Position numbers and translations under genes: made by a program. The notes below the pieces were generated by a model that saw only the letters and a program-made list of their open reading frames with translations, did not search any database and was not told the DNA's origin. From Desulfofustis sp. (GTDB lineage: Bacteria > Desulfobacterota > Desulfobulbia > Desulfobulbales > Desulfocapsaceae), in the NCBI GenBank assembly GCA_036351615.1, contig JAZBPM010000068.1, positions 1 to 38,063 of the forward strand: a DNA stretch of 38,063 nt, given 5' to 3'. This document shows positions 1 to 10,104 of the stretch, one piece after another (positions within the stretch are counted from its first letter, which is position 1; the number at the start of each line of letters is the position of its first letter).

Positions 1-280
1 CTCCCAGCCGCGGCGGACGAACCGTTCGCTGCCACCCTTCGCTCGTTGCATCGTGGAAAAGAAACACCAACCAGAGGTGACTGAACTGCTCAAGCCCCCG
101 CACCATTTCCGCCCGGGCATACGGGCCGGTCAATTCGAGTTCGGCTCGGGCGGATGGGGTAAGTCCCGCCTGCCGCGGAATTCCGAATTTCTCCCGATAA
201 CAGGACCTGATGGTCCCAATCGTTCGTAACAGGTGGTGCGATCCATCGTGCCCTGCATCAGTGTCCACTTCGTCCTCCAT
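1..280 (-). CDS. trmO: tRNA t6A37 N6-methyltransferase TrmO/TsaA (YaeB), 5' part; runs off the window edge
   Basis: Not in the ORF track. Manual translation from ATG 280 gives MEDEVDTDAGHDGSHHLLRTIGTIRSCYREKFGIPRQAGLTPSARAELELTGPYARAEMVRGLEQFSHLWLVFLFH...WQRTVRPPRLG. EKFGIPRQ, GLExFSHxW and VRPPRLG are TrmO motifs. Confidence 0.9.
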   Translation of the reverse strand, partial: MEDEVDTDAGHDGSHHLLRTIGTIRSCYREKFGIPRQAGLTPSARAELELTGPYARAEMVRGLEQFSHLWLVFLFHDATSEGWQRTVRPPRLG

Positions 281-302
281 CTCCCGTCAGTCAGCAAAAG
301 AG

Positions 303-331
303 TTGACGCGCCGGCAACGGCGCGCTAACGT
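303..331 (+). promoter_or_regulatory. candidate sigma70 promoter of nikR
   Basis: TTGACG-N17-TAACGT, about 23 bp upstream of the nikR ATG. Confidence 0.35.
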
Positions 332-354
332 AGCGAAAAACCCCAGGTGGTGCC

Positions 355-765
355 ATGTTGAAACGCTTTACCATCTCCCTCGACGAAAAACTGCTCGACG
401 ATTTCGACGACTATATCCGGCAACAGAAATACGTCAACCGTTCCGAAGCGATCCGGGACCTGATCCGTTCATCGTTTGTGGCCAAGGAGTGGCAGGCGGA
501 CAAGGATGTCGTCGGCGTGATCACCATGGTCTATGATCACCACCAGCATCAATTGCAGGAAAAGGTTACCGAGATCCAGCACGATTATCACCATCAGATC
601 GTTTCGGCCACCCATGTGCACATGGATCACCATAATTGCCTGGAAGTTATTATCATCAAGGGCAAGGCCGGAGCGGTCAACGAACTTGCCGATCGTATCC
701 GCTCCCTACGCGGCGTGCGCAACTGCAACCTGGCGATGAGCACCACCGGCAAAGATCTGCACTGA
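355..765 (+). CDS. nikR: nickel-responsive transcriptional regulator NikR
   Basis: N-terminal ribbon-helix-helix (RFTISL...NRSEAIRDLIR), YDHH, and the HVHMDHHNCLEV Ni-binding motif. Confidence 0.95.
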   Translation: MLKRFTISLDEKLLDDFDDYIRQQKYVNRSEAIRDLIRSSFVAKEWQADKDVVGVITMVYDHHQHQLQEKVTEIQHDYHHQIVSATHVHMDHHNCLEVIIIKGKAGAVNELADRIRSLRGVRNCNLAMSTTGKDLH

Positions 766-849
766 CACGTTCGACCGCACCGAGCGGCGCCGGCTCCTCC
801 TGCCGAAAAGCCGGCCGGACACGATTATTCTCCCAGGACGCAACCGATC

Positions 850-1920
850 ATGACCAGGGAACTATCCTGCTTTATCTCTCCGCACGGTTTCGGCCACGCA
901 ACCCGGACCATCAGCGTCCTGGAAGCGCTCGGTGAGATACTCCCCGGTCTGCAGGTGCGGATCTTCTCAACGGTCCCGAAACCCCTCTTTCAATCCAGCA
1001 CGTTCCCCTTCATCTACCATCGGATCGTTACCGATATCGGCCTCGTTCAAGGCTCCGCCTTTTCCATCAACGTCGATCAGACGCTGAACCGACTGGCAGA
1101 TTTTCTCCCCCTAGCTAACGAGAGCATCAGTTATTGTGCCGACAAATGTCGCGATAGCTCTCTGATCATCTGCGACATCAGTCCGCTTGGAATCGCTGTC
1201 GGTAAACGAGCCGGCATCCCGACACTGTTGCTGGAAAACTTCACCTGGGACTGGATCTACCGACCACTGGCTGACCGTAATGCAGCATTCAGACCGATCA
1301 TCGATCAATTGACCGACTATTATGGGCTCGCCGACTGGCATGTGCAGACCGAACCGGTCTGTCACCCCCTCGCTGTCGACCTGACCTGTCCGCCGCTGGC
1401 CCGTCCCTGCCGTCTCACCCGGCAGGAGGGCGCAGCATTGCTCGGCGGCAACGGCCGGCAGACCGTTCTGATCAGTATGGGAGGAATTCCCTGCACCCCT
1501 CCCTTCTTGTCACGGCTGCATACCCACCCTGACACCTTCTTTGTCATTGCCGGCCAGAGTCCCGATGGGGTTTCATATGGCGACAACGTTCGTTTTCTTT
1601 CCCCGCATGCCCCGTTGCACCACCCGGATCTGATTAACGGTGCCGACCTGCTGATCTGCAAATGCGGCTACTCGACCATTGCCGAGTGCGCCCAGACGAC
1701 CACACCACTCTGCTGTGTCACCCGCACCGATTTTGCCGAATCTGCGGTTCTGGCCGATTACGTCGTTGCACGGCTCGGCGGTGCGATTCTCGATGAGCAT
1801 CAGTTTTTGAGCGGCAGTTGGCTAACGGATCTGCCCGATCTACTCGCAAAACCAAGAAGCAACCCCCAGGAAACCGGCAACCGCCGGTTGGCCGAATGGA
1901 TTTTGCCGCTGCTTTCATGA
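850..1920 (+). CDS. GT-B-fold glycosyltransferase-like protein (resembles the L-arabinokinase N-terminal domain)
   Basis: ISPHGFGHATR at the N-terminus, NFTWDWIY, C-terminal KCGYSTIAEC and RTDFAE. Confidence 0.6.
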   Translation: MTRELSCFISPHGFGHATRTISVLEALGEILPGLQVRIFSTVPKPLFQSSTFPFIYHRIVTDIGLVQGSAFSINVDQTLNRLADFLPLANESISYCADKCRDSSLIICDISPLGIAVGKRAGIPTLLLENFTWDWIYRPLADRNAAFRPIIDQLTDYYGLADWHVQTEPVCHPLAVDLTCPPLARPCRLTRQEGAALLGGNGRQTVLISMGGIPCTPPFLSRLHTHPDTFFVIAGQSPDGVSYGDNVRFLSPHAPLHHPDLINGADLLICKCGYSTIAECAQTTTPLCCVTRTDFAESAVLADYVVARLGGAILDEHQFLSGSWLTDLPDLLAKPRSNPQETGNRRLAEWILPLLS

Positions 1921-1990
1921 AGAGCTGCGTGCCACCAAACGGTCATCGAAGAAAAGGACGGTCGGCGTTGAAAAAAACAGGACAGATACC

Positions 1991-4900
1991 TTGAACATTT
2001 GTGGTTACACCATCAGCGAGCGCATCAGCGAATCGGCACGTTCCTCGATCTATCGCGGGATTGCTGACGATACCGGCCAGCGCGTCATCCTCAAAGTTCC
2101 TGCCGGAAAGGATTCTGCCGCAACATCAGCAAACACCATCAAACATGAATTCACCATTTTAAGCCGGTTTCGACACAACAAAATCATTTCCGCAATCGGC
2201 CTCGGCCAACACGGGCCCCTCCCGGTTCTCATCGAGGAGGACTTCGACGGCCTGCCGTTATCCGTCTCTAACCGGGAAGGCCCGGTGGACTTTATCCGCT
2301 TTCTCGATATTGCCATCCAGCTTGCAGACGCGCTGCGCGATATCCACCGGCACAACATCATCTATAAAAATCTGTGTCCGGCCCATATTCTCTTTCGCTC
2401 GATCACCGGCCGCATTAAACTTGTCGATTTCAGTATCGCCTCCACCAGAAACAAAGAATATCCGTTCTATTCGACCGACTCGACGTTTCGGGGAGCCCTT
2501 GCATACATTTCTCCGGAACAAACCGGCCGGATCAACAAGGAACTCGATTATCGATCCGATTTCTATTCCCTCGGCGTCGTACTCTACGAACTGCTGACCG
2601 GTAGCCGCCCGTTCACCGGCACCGATCTGATTGCACTGGTGCATGGCCATTTGGCCAAAACGCCAGCGCCGCCACAGGACTTCAATCCGGACATCCCCGA
2701 TGCGCTGGCGAATATCGTTCTCAAGTTGATTGAGAAATCGGCCGACGATCGATACCAGAGTTGCAGCGGCTTGATCCCGGATCTGATGCGCTGCCTGATC
2801 GAGTTGCGCGAGAATCGTTCGATCATCGACTTCGGCGTCGGCGGTACCGACATTTCACCGGTATTTTCCATTCCCGACCGACACTTCGGTAGAAATCACG
2901 AACTATCGACCCTGATCAGCGGCTACGACAGGATCGGTTCAGAGGCGCCTCGCGCCTATCTGATCACCGGCGCGTCCGGAAGCGGCAAAACGTCTCTGCT
3001 CCTGGAAATCCAAAAGGTCTTGGAGTACCGCGGCGCCATCGTGTTGCGGGCAACAGCTGAGCACGGGCGGGGCGATACACCCGGCGCTCCGATCATCTTC
3101 GCCTGCAGGCGGCTGCTCCGTCACCTCCTGTCACTCGACCCCGAACAGCGAGCACGCTGGTTGGCTCTCTTGCTGCCCGCATTTGACGGGCAGCAAGAAC
3201 AAGCCGTTGCACAGCTTCCCGAGCTGAGAGAGTTGTTCGGCACGATACCGGCAGCATCACCCGATACCGCACGTGCAACGAGTTCTTACCTGTCGATCGC
3301 CAAAACGCTGCTCGCCGCGATCGACCGTCATTTCAAAACACTGGTCGTCATTCAGGATGATCTACATCTGGTCGACCCGGAAACACTTTCTGTCATCACC
3401 TCGTTTCTCGCTGATCGTCAACGGCAGGGCCTTCTCATCTGCAGCTCGGCAAACCCAGACGCCACAGCCATCCTCGCTGACGCTACTGGCGAATCAGCGG
3501 AAAACGTCTCATCACCGGTGCACCTGGAACTGCTTCCCCTGACCGACGACGAAATCGCCGGTCTGCTCAGTGAAACTCTTTATCAGCCACTCAGCGACAT
3601 GCTCGGCCTGGCACGCTGCTGCCGTGAGAAAACCGGAGGCAATCCCTTTTTTCTGAAACGATTCCTCGCCCAGTTGCATGAAACGGGGGCGCTTGCTTTC
3701 AATAGCAAAAGCGGCCGTTGGGACTATGACCTGCCGGCCGTCATGGCGACCGACGTAACCCCCAACGTTGGCGAACTACTGACCAGACGCATTGCGGCTT
3801 TTCCCGCCGGTCAACGAACCGTCCTGCAGTACGCCGCCTGTATCGGTTCCCGCTTCGATCTCCGCCTGCTCAGTCTTGTCTACGGGAAAACACCCCAGCA
3901 GACCCTGGCCGAGCTGGCGAAAGCTCTCAACGACGGCCTGATTCTCCCGGCCGCGCCCCAGGCTCTCGGGCCTTCCGGCACAAACGAAGGGAGCGGGCAG
4001 AAAACTGACTATTTTCGCTTCGCCCACGAACAGATTCGCCATGCGGCCATTGCACTGCTACCGCTTGCGACACGCAATGCACTTGGGGTTCGCGTCGGCT
4101 CGACGATGCAATACCTTTGTGAATCGGCCGACCACCACTACCCGCTTAGTGACATCGTCGGCCACCTCAACCAGGGAATCAGCGCGCTGGAAACGGACAA
4201 GCAGCGCTTCGAACTCGCCGCACTGAACCTCGAGGCCGCCATCCAGGCAAAGACCTCGGGAGCCACATCTCTCTACCGACGATTGAGCGCCACGGCGCTG
4301 GAACTACTGCCTGCTTCCGCCTGGACCACCCAGTATCGCCTGACGCTCGATGTCTACTCGGAAGCCGCAGAAGCAGCAGCACGATCGAATCTGACCGAAG
4401 AGAGCGAGCGTCTCTTCACCATCGTCTGCAGCCGGGCCCAAACCGCGGTTGACGCGACGCGGGTCTATCGGACCGCGATGCAACTCTACCGGCGCAGCGA
4501 TCGTTGTCATGAAGCCCTGCGGACCGGTTGCACGATTCTTGCCGCACTGGGAATTTCTCTTGCCGAGTCACCCGGCAAACATGCTGCCGCCGCAGCCTTT
4601 CTGTCAGCCCGAATATCCTTGTTCGGCAAATCGGAACAGACGCTGCTGAACATGCCACAGATGACCGATCCGATCCCGGCATCAATTATGGAAGTGCTGC
4701 TCGAAACAGCCCTGGCTGCCTACCAGATCCGCCCGGCACTTCTGCCGATCATCAGCCTGTCATCCATCCGGCTATCTCTTGCCCATGGCCATCACCGGGT
4801 TGCATCGATCATAGGGTACCCGATCTTTGGCGCTCTGCTTTGTTCGGCAAGCACCAGACAATACCGACTCGGTTCTCGTTACGGACAACTGGCACTGGAT

Positions 4901-7246
4901 CTGCAAAAACGGTCCGGCATCCCTGCTCACCCTTTCTCCGTCTATCTGGTCAGCACCGAGATCACCCACTGGCATCGACATCTGCGACACTCTCACGATT
5001 CCCTCAAGCAAGCCTGCCGACAGCAGCACTATCGGAGCGAATCGGAATCGGCCGCGCTTTGCGCTGTCGGATGTTTCGCAACGATGTTCTTTCTCGGACG
5101 AAGTCTCACCAGTGTTCTCGAGGAAACGGCACCGTACCGCCGGCACATCGATACGGCGTCCTCCGGTGTCCGCTATCGTCAAATGATGCTCGAGCAGACC
5201 ATCGCCAACCTGCGCGGCCGCTCCAGCGATCCGTCCATACTCAGCGGTTTGCACTACGACGGCAACCGGATGGCGTCGCCGCTTCAACACGGTGAAGACC
5301 GGACGACATTGTTTTTTTTCCATCAACTCGGGCAACTGCTTGCCTATCTGTTCGGCAATTATGAACGAGCCGAACAACACGGCAGCAAAGCGCTGGCGTT
5401 GATCGACGGGGTCCGATCATCGTTTTTGCTGCCGATTTTTCTTTTCATCCATACCCTGACCCTGTTGGCCATCTGCCGGGACCCGCACCACACAGTTCGA
5501 CGAATGAGATGGGCAGCGATTAACACCGGTATCCAAAAAATGCGCCGCTGGGGAGAAACGTCTCCAAAGAATTATCGACACCGCTATCACTTACTCTGCG
5601 CCGAACGACATCGCATCACCGATCAACGTGAAGCTGCGGCGCACCACTACGAGCAGGCTATCTCCCTGGCCAGACAGAACGGCTACCAACAGGATGCCGC
5701 CCTGGGGTATGAACTGGCGGCCGCTTTCTATCTTGCCAGGGGCCGCCCTCTGGTCGCCCGGTCCTACCTGGGTGAAGCGTTGCATCACTATCGTCAATGG
5801 GAAGCGGAGGCGCTGGTCGATCATCTGAAGAAGCACTCCACCGACCTGCTCATTGAACGGCGCACCGGCCCCCGTGAACAGGCAGGCGTGCCGGTTTCAC
5901 TGACAACCGGCCGCGACGCCTCGCCTCTGGATCTTGGCAGTTTCGTCAAAGCTTCGCGGGCGTTCAGCAGTGAATTCGTGCTGGACGAGGTTGTCAGGAA
6001 TCTGATCATGATCGTTGTGGAAAATGCCGGGGCTGAAGTCGGCTTGCTGATCATGAACCCCACCGACGCACCGCTGGTTAAAGTAACGGCAACGAGTGGC
6101 GAGCGCCAGGGGACCGTGGTCGACACACCGCTCCTCGCCCACCGGCAGCGCCTGTCGCTGGCCGTGATCAAACACGTCACCGCCTCCGGCGAAACCGTCG
6201 TTCTCGACCACGCCTGCCTCAACGGACCGTTTGTCGGTGACCGATACATCCGCAGCAATAACACGAAATCTCTGCTCTGCGTACCGATCAAACACCACGG
6301 TGATCTGCTGGCCATTCTCTATCTGGAAAACAACCTGACCACCGCCGCATTTTCACCGGAGCGTCTCGATATTATCGAACTCATTGCCGGACAGGCCGCC
6401 ATTTCCATCAAAAATGCCCAATTGTACGAGGAGTTGCAAACGACACTCGGCAACCTGCACCTGGAGGTGGCCAAACGCAAGGAAACTCAGATGCAATTGC
6501 TGCATGCCGGCAAATTGGCCGCCCTCGGTCGGCTCTCGGCATCCATTGCCCACGAATTCGGCAACCCGCTGATCGGCATCAAATACCTGCTCGACGACCT
6601 GTCCCAAAGAGCAGAACTCGGCCGACAGGATCGCGACCTGATCGACATCGGTTTGCAGGAGTGTGATCGATTGAAACAGCTGATCAACGACCTGCATGAA
6701 CTGCACCGACCGTCATCCGGAAAAAAAATCCTGTTCAACCTCAACAACACGGTAAAAACCGTTTTACACCTGCAACGGAAAAACCTGAAAGACGCCGGGA
6801 TAGCGGTGGTCACCCGGCTGGCCGAAGACCTCCCGGACATCAGAGCGGTTGAAGATCAAATCAGTCAGGTCGTGGTCAATCTGACCACCAATGCGATGGA
6901 TGCGATGAAACACAGCGAAGAAAAACGGCTGCGGGTGGAGACCGCTGTGCACCCTCAACAGGTCGTTTTGGCGCTGACCGACAGCGGCAGCGGTATCACC
7001 GACGAACATCGGGAACATATCTTCGAGCCGTTTTTTTCGACCAAGCCGTACACCGACGGTACCGGTCTCGGCCTGGCCATCGCCTACAGCATCATGAAAA
7101 ACCATCACGGCGATATCAGCTTTTCGTCGCCACGGGACGGCGGCTGCACATTCACGCTGAGCTTCCCGCTCAGTGATGCTCCGGGCAATCCACCTCAAGC
7201 GGATCATCATCGTCCTGCTCAACTACCCGCCACTCTGCTTCCTTGA
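1991..7246 (+). CDS. multidomain Ser/Thr-kinase-like / AAA ATPase / GAF / sensor histidine kinase
   Basis: Kinase fold ([20 protein letters not shown]), Walker A GASGSGKT, Walker B VIQDDLH, GGNPFF, GAF (SLLCVPI, LYLENN), H-box AHEFGNPL, N-box [27 protein letters not shown]. Confidence 0.9.
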   Translation: MNICGYTISERISESARSSIYRGIADDTGQRVILKVPAGKDSAATSANTIKHEFTILSRFRHNKIISAIGLGQHGPLPVLIEEDFDGLPLSVSNREGPVDFIRFLDIAIQLADALRDIHRHNIIYKNLCPAHILFRSITGRIKLVDFSIASTRNKEYPFYSTDSTFRGALAYISPEQTGRINKELDYRSDFYSLGVVLYELLTGSRPFTGTDLIALVHGHLAKTPAPPQDFNPDIPDALANIVLKLIEKSADDRYQSCSGLIPDLMRCLIELRENRSIIDFGVGGTDISPVFSIPDRHFGRNHELSTLISGYDRIGSEAPRAYLITGASGSGKTSLLLEIQKVLEYRGAIVLRATAEHGRGDTPGAPIIFACRRLLRHLLSLDPEQRARWLALLLPAFDGQQEQAVAQLPELRELFGTIPAASPDTARATSSYLSIAKTLLAAIDRHFKTLVVIQDDLHLVDPETLSVITSFLADRQRQGLLICSSANPDATAILADATGESAENVSSPVHLELLPLTDDEIAGLLSETLYQPLSDMLGLARCCREKTGGNPFFLKRFLAQLHETGALAFNSKSGRWDYDLPAVMATDVTPNVGELLTRRIAAFPAGQRTVLQYAACIGSRFDLRLLSLVYGKTPQQTLAELAKALNDGLILPAAPQALGPSGTNEGSGQKTDYFRFAHEQIRHAAIALLPLATRNALGVRVGSTMQYLCESADHHYPLSDIVGHLNQGISALETDKQRFELAALNLEAAIQAKTSGATSLYRRLSATALELLPASAWTTQYRLTLDVYSEAAEAAARSNLTEESERLFTIVCSRAQTAVDATRVYRTAMQLYRRSDRCHEALRTGCTILAALGISLAESPGKHAAAAAFLSARISLFGKSEQTLLNMPQMTDPIPASIMEVLLETALAAYQIRPALLPIISLSSIRLSLAHGHHRVASIIGYPIFGALLCSASTRQYRLGSRYGQLALDLQKRSGIPAHPFSVYLVSTEITHWHRHLRHSHDSLKQACRQQHYRSESESAALCAVGCFATMFFLGRSLTSVLEETAPYRRHIDTASSGVRYRQMMLEQTIANLRGRSSDPSILSGLHYDGNRMASPLQHGEDRTTLFFFHQLGQLLAYLFGNYERAEQHGSKALALIDGVRSSFLLPIFLFIHTLTLLAICRDPHHTVRRMRWAAINTGIQKMRRWGETSPKNYRHRYHLLCAERHRITDQREAAAHHYEQAISLARQNGYQQDAALGYELAAAFYLARGRPLVARSYLGEALHHYRQWEAEALVDHLKKHSTDLLIERRTGPREQAGVPVSLTTGRDASPLDLGSFVKASRAFSSEFVLDEVVRNLIMIVVENAGAEVGLLIMNPTDAPLVKVTATSGERQGTVVDTPLLAHRQRLSLAVIKHVTASGETVVLDHACLNGPFVGDRYIRSNNTKSLLCVPIKHHGDLLAILYLENNLTTAAFSPERLDIIELIAGQAAISIKNAQLYEELQTTLGNLHLEVAKRKETQMQLLHAGKLAALGRLSASIAHEFGNPLIGIKYLLDDLSQRAELGRQDRDLIDIGLQECDRLKQLINDLHELHRPSSGKKILFNLNNTVKTVLHLQRKNLKDAGIAVVTRLAEDLPDIRAVEDQISQVVVNLTTNAMDAMKHSEEKRLRVETAVHPQQVVLALTDSGSGITDEHREHIFEPFFSTKPYTDGTGLGLAIAYSIMKNHHGDISFSSPRDGGCTFTLSFPLSDAPGNPPQADHHRPAQLPATLLP

Positions 7247-7691
7247 AATCAATATCGGTAACGCTGGACAAGGCCATCTTCAGATAGCGGCCGCTGCCTT
7301 CGACGGCGACGCTGCCATCGGCCAGGACAATTTCTCCGGTACCGGTGAAACTGCGTTTGTTTTCCCCGGTAACACGGGCGACTACTTTAATTTCCCGGTC
7401 GAGCGGTACCGGTTGACGAAATTTCATCGAAAATTCAATAGTAACTCCCCAGAGCTCGGTGTCCTGGTGGTTCAGGACCGCCCGGCCAATCGTTTCATCC
7501 AGGATTGCCGCCGCTATGCCTCCGTGCAGCCGACCGGGATAACTCTGGTGCTCATCAGCCGGGGTGAACAGGGCGACAATCTCCCGGTTGTCAAGCTCAT
7601 AAAAGCGACTTTTCAAGCCAGAGCGGTTTTCCAGGCCACAGACAAAACAGCGTCTCGAATTGGGCTGTCTGTTGATAACCTTATGTTTCAT
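7170..7691 (-). CDS. PaaI-family hotdog-fold thioesterase
   Basis: CFVCGxxNxxGL N-terminus, HQSYPGRLHGG...AILDE. Confidence 0.85.
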   Translation of the reverse strand: MKHKVINRQPNSRRCFVCGLENRSGLKSRFYELDNREIVALFTPADEHQSYPGRLHGGIAAAILDETIGRAVLNHQDTELWGVTIEFSMKFRQPVPLDREIKVVARVTGENKRSFTGTGEIVLADGSVAVEGSGRYLKMALSSVTDIDFKEAEWRVVEQDDDDPLEVDCPEHH

Positions 7692-7762
7692 CGTTTATTT
7701 CTCCATGCCATGCGCCCGGGCTCGTCCGCCCGGTAGTAAACCGGATAGCTCTCGGCAGCGAA

Positions 7763-8362
7763 TCAGACGTGAGTCGGAGGGCCGTCGACCACCATGTCGG
7801 CAATGGTCATGGCCAGTCGCGGTGCACCCGTTCTTCTGCCGCCGACAAACCGTTGCTCCAAATCGACCAATCGCCGCAGAAGCGGTGTTCGCTCCATGAC
7901 CGGCAGATGATCGCCGGGCTGTGTCTCGATTTGTTCCTGACACCTGAAGCAGCCGGGAAAACGAATCACCCGGCCATCGGGTCTGGTCATCGCAGCCGGT
8001 ACCCCGTGTGTCCGACAGACCATCAGCCGATAGCGATACAAACTGCACCGCCCGTTCTCATTGAGCGGACACATGGTCTGCGGTCGTTTGCCGTGCTCGC
8101 GGGCCTGGGCGTAGGAGTCGATGCATCGAGCTGAGCGAACGGACAGTTGGTGCCGCCGCTCTTCGCTGAGCTCGGCCAGACCGAGCCAGAGGTAGGCCCA
8201 TTCGATATACGTGTGGTGGGTGAAATAGGAATCACAGCAATTATCCGGGCAACCATCACAGCTGTGATGCAGCTGCTTGGCCACCCGGTCATAAGCCGAC
8301 TCCATGTCCCGATAGAGTGTGGCCAGGTCAGCTGCCAGTTCGACCGAGAGGATGAGACTCAT
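7763..8362 (-). CDS. YkgJ-like cysteine-cluster (putative Fe-S/Zn) protein
   Basis: CDGCPDNCC, CPLN...CSLY...LMVCRTHG, CFRC. Start moved to ATG 8362, which overlaps the upstream stop (ATGA). Confidence 0.7.
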   Translation of the reverse strand: MSLILSVELAADLATLYRDMESAYDRVAKQLHHSCDGCPDNCCDSYFTHHTYIEWAYLWLGLAELSEERRHQLSVRSARCIDSYAQAREHGKRPQTMCPLNENGRCSLYRYRLMVCRTHGVPAAMTRPDGRVIRFPGCFRCQEQIETQPGDHLPVMERTPLLRRLVDLEQRFVGGRRTGAPRLAMTIADMVVDGPPTHV

Positions 8363-8931
8363 TGCTGCCGCTCCGAAAAACTGCACACCTGGTAAACCGA
8401 AACCTCTAGCCGGCCGCCGTGCCACGCTGATTTAGGCAGACCCGCCTTGAGGCAGAGGTGATCGAGAAAATCGGCCGGATTGGGCAATTGCTCCCAGACC
8501 TGCGGCAAAAAGGTGGCCTGGGCACCGTCGGCCCGAAGAATAACGCCGTCGATACCCGGTCGCAACCGCCGGCAAAGATCGGCGCCGTCCCGGTAATCCA
8601 AACGGACGGCTGGTGTCAATATAGAGATATCGAGGTTGACCCGCACCAACTCTTCCGGGGTCAGAGGGGTGAACCGATGATCGTGAAAGGCCGCGCTCTC
8701 GGCGTTGCGCATCACCGCCTCGCCAAGGGGACCGACAGGCTCCAGGTTGCCGATACAACCGCGCAGCTGCCCCGCCAACTTCAGGGTTACAAAACAACCG
8801 CACCTTTGCTGCATGGCCTCATCATCCAATATCTCCCTGTCCGGACCACGGCCGACCCCGAGGCGGCGGGCAATCGTCTCACGAGCCAGACGGAGCAACC
8901 TCTCGCCTTGCTGCGGTGTAAGCTCTATCAT
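8359..8931 (-). CDS. amrA: AMMECR1-domain protein (AmmeMemoRadiSam protein A)
   Basis: GCFVTL...LRGCIG, AAFHDHRF, ATFLPQVW, LCLKAG. ATG 8931 follows a GGGAGG RBS. Confidence 0.9.
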   Translation of the reverse strand: MIELTPQQGERLLRLARETIARRLGVGRGPDREILDDEAMQQRCGCFVTLKLAGQLRGCIGNLEPVGPLGEAVMRNAESAAFHDHRFTPLTPEELVRVNLDISILTPAVRLDYRDGADLCRRLRPGIDGVILRADGAQATFLPQVWEQLPNPADFLDHLCLKAGLPKSAWHGGRLEVSVYQVCSFSERQQ

Positions 8932-8946
8932 CAGCAACCTCCCTTT

Positions 8947-9990
8947 CTACCAGTCGACGCCGAGCATCAGGCAATTGATACCGCTGCCGATTCCAAGCAA
9001 GGCCCCTTTTTGCCCGGGGCGAAAGACCTCCTGCTCAAGAGCCAGGGCCATGGTAATCGGTGCGGAAACGGAACCGACATTTCCGAGAAACGACAACGTT
9101 TCGAAATTTTTGTTACTATCGAGTCCAAGTGTGCCAAAAAGCAGACGCGTGTGGGCGGAGCCGACCTGATGGCAGAAAAAACGATCGACATCATCCACAC
9201 CCCAGCCCGGCACAGCGGAAAAGGCGCGCCAGGTCTGCTCGGCCGTTTCAATGCCCTGGATCATCAACTCCTCGGAATCGGTCGCCATCAGAGTCGTCGC
9301 CGCATCGATCCGGCCGCCCTGACAGAGGTCCACGTGAGCCGTGTTGGCCCGCCAGGTTGCAGCGGACAGGCGCGGTCTATCAAGCGTGGCTCCTTCTCCG
9401 CACCGGCACATAAACAGGGCGACGGAGCCGGAACCGATGGTCAGCGAGGCAAAGGCGGACTTGATACTTTTTCTCGTCAGCGACTCATCCTGCAGCAGCG
9501 TGGTGATGGTCGACTCAATCAGTTCTTCAGCGGTTTCTCCACTGACGATCAGGCCGTTATCAACCTGGCCGAGTTCGATCATTGAAGCCAGCATCACCAT
9601 CCCGTCGAGAAAACCGAGACAGGCGTTGGAGATATCGAAAATCAGACAATCGGGCGGCAGTCCCAGAGCATGGTGGACAAAAGCCGCCGTTGCCGGCTCC
9701 ATCATATCCCGGGAAACCGAGGTGTTAAACAGACACTGGACATGTTCTGCAGCTATACCTGACCGGGTCAGAGCTTTTCTGCCGGCCTGTACCGCCGCCT
9801 CGCTTGGCCTGGTTCCTTCCGGCCAGAGACGACGCTCGGAGATACCGCTCATCATCGCCAGCCTGCCTTCGGGCAGTTTGAGCCGGCGATAGAGCGGCGC
9901 AAGCCGCTGTTCAATATCGTCTGAGGTGAGAATGCGAGCGGGAATTTCGTAGCCGAAGCTATGGAGACAAACCTGTGAAAAAAAAGGCAT
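8947..9990 (-). CDS. oleA: OleA-like thiolase / 3-oxoacyl-ACP synthase III family
   Basis: SVSRDMMEPATA, catalytic NACLGF, ASLTIGSG, HQVG, GNVGSVS, LLGIGSGINC. These fit OleA better than classical FabH. Likely start ATG 9990. Confidence 0.65.
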   Translation of the reverse strand: MPFFSQVCLHSFGYEIPARILTSDDIEQRLAPLYRRLKLPEGRLAMMSGISERRLWPEGTRPSEAAVQAGRKALTRSGIAAEHVQCLFNTSVSRDMMEPATAAFVHHALGLPPDCLIFDISNACLGFLDGMVMLASMIELGQVDNGLIVSGETAEELIESTITTLLQDESLTRKSIKSAFASLTIGSGSVALFMCRCGEGATLDRPRLSAATWRANTAHVDLCQGGRIDAATTLMATDSEELMIQGIETAEQTWRAFSAVPGWGVDDVDRFFCHQVGSAHTRLLFGTLGLDSNKNFETLSFLGNVGSVSAPITMALALEQEVFRPGQKGALLGIGSGINCLMLGVDW

Positions 9991-10104
9991 CGGAAACCGA
10001 ATTGGGCAACTGTCGTATTGTGGTGTAACCGCCGTGCGTGTCTCGCTGCGATCACCTGGGCCGGGCCGCCGCATTATAACGGGCGTCCCGGGGAGTGACA
10101 AGTG

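Noticed and set aside
281-354. NikR operator or nickel-uptake locus around nikR
   Set aside because: There is no convincing palindromic operator, and no nik, hydrogenase or urease genes are in the window.
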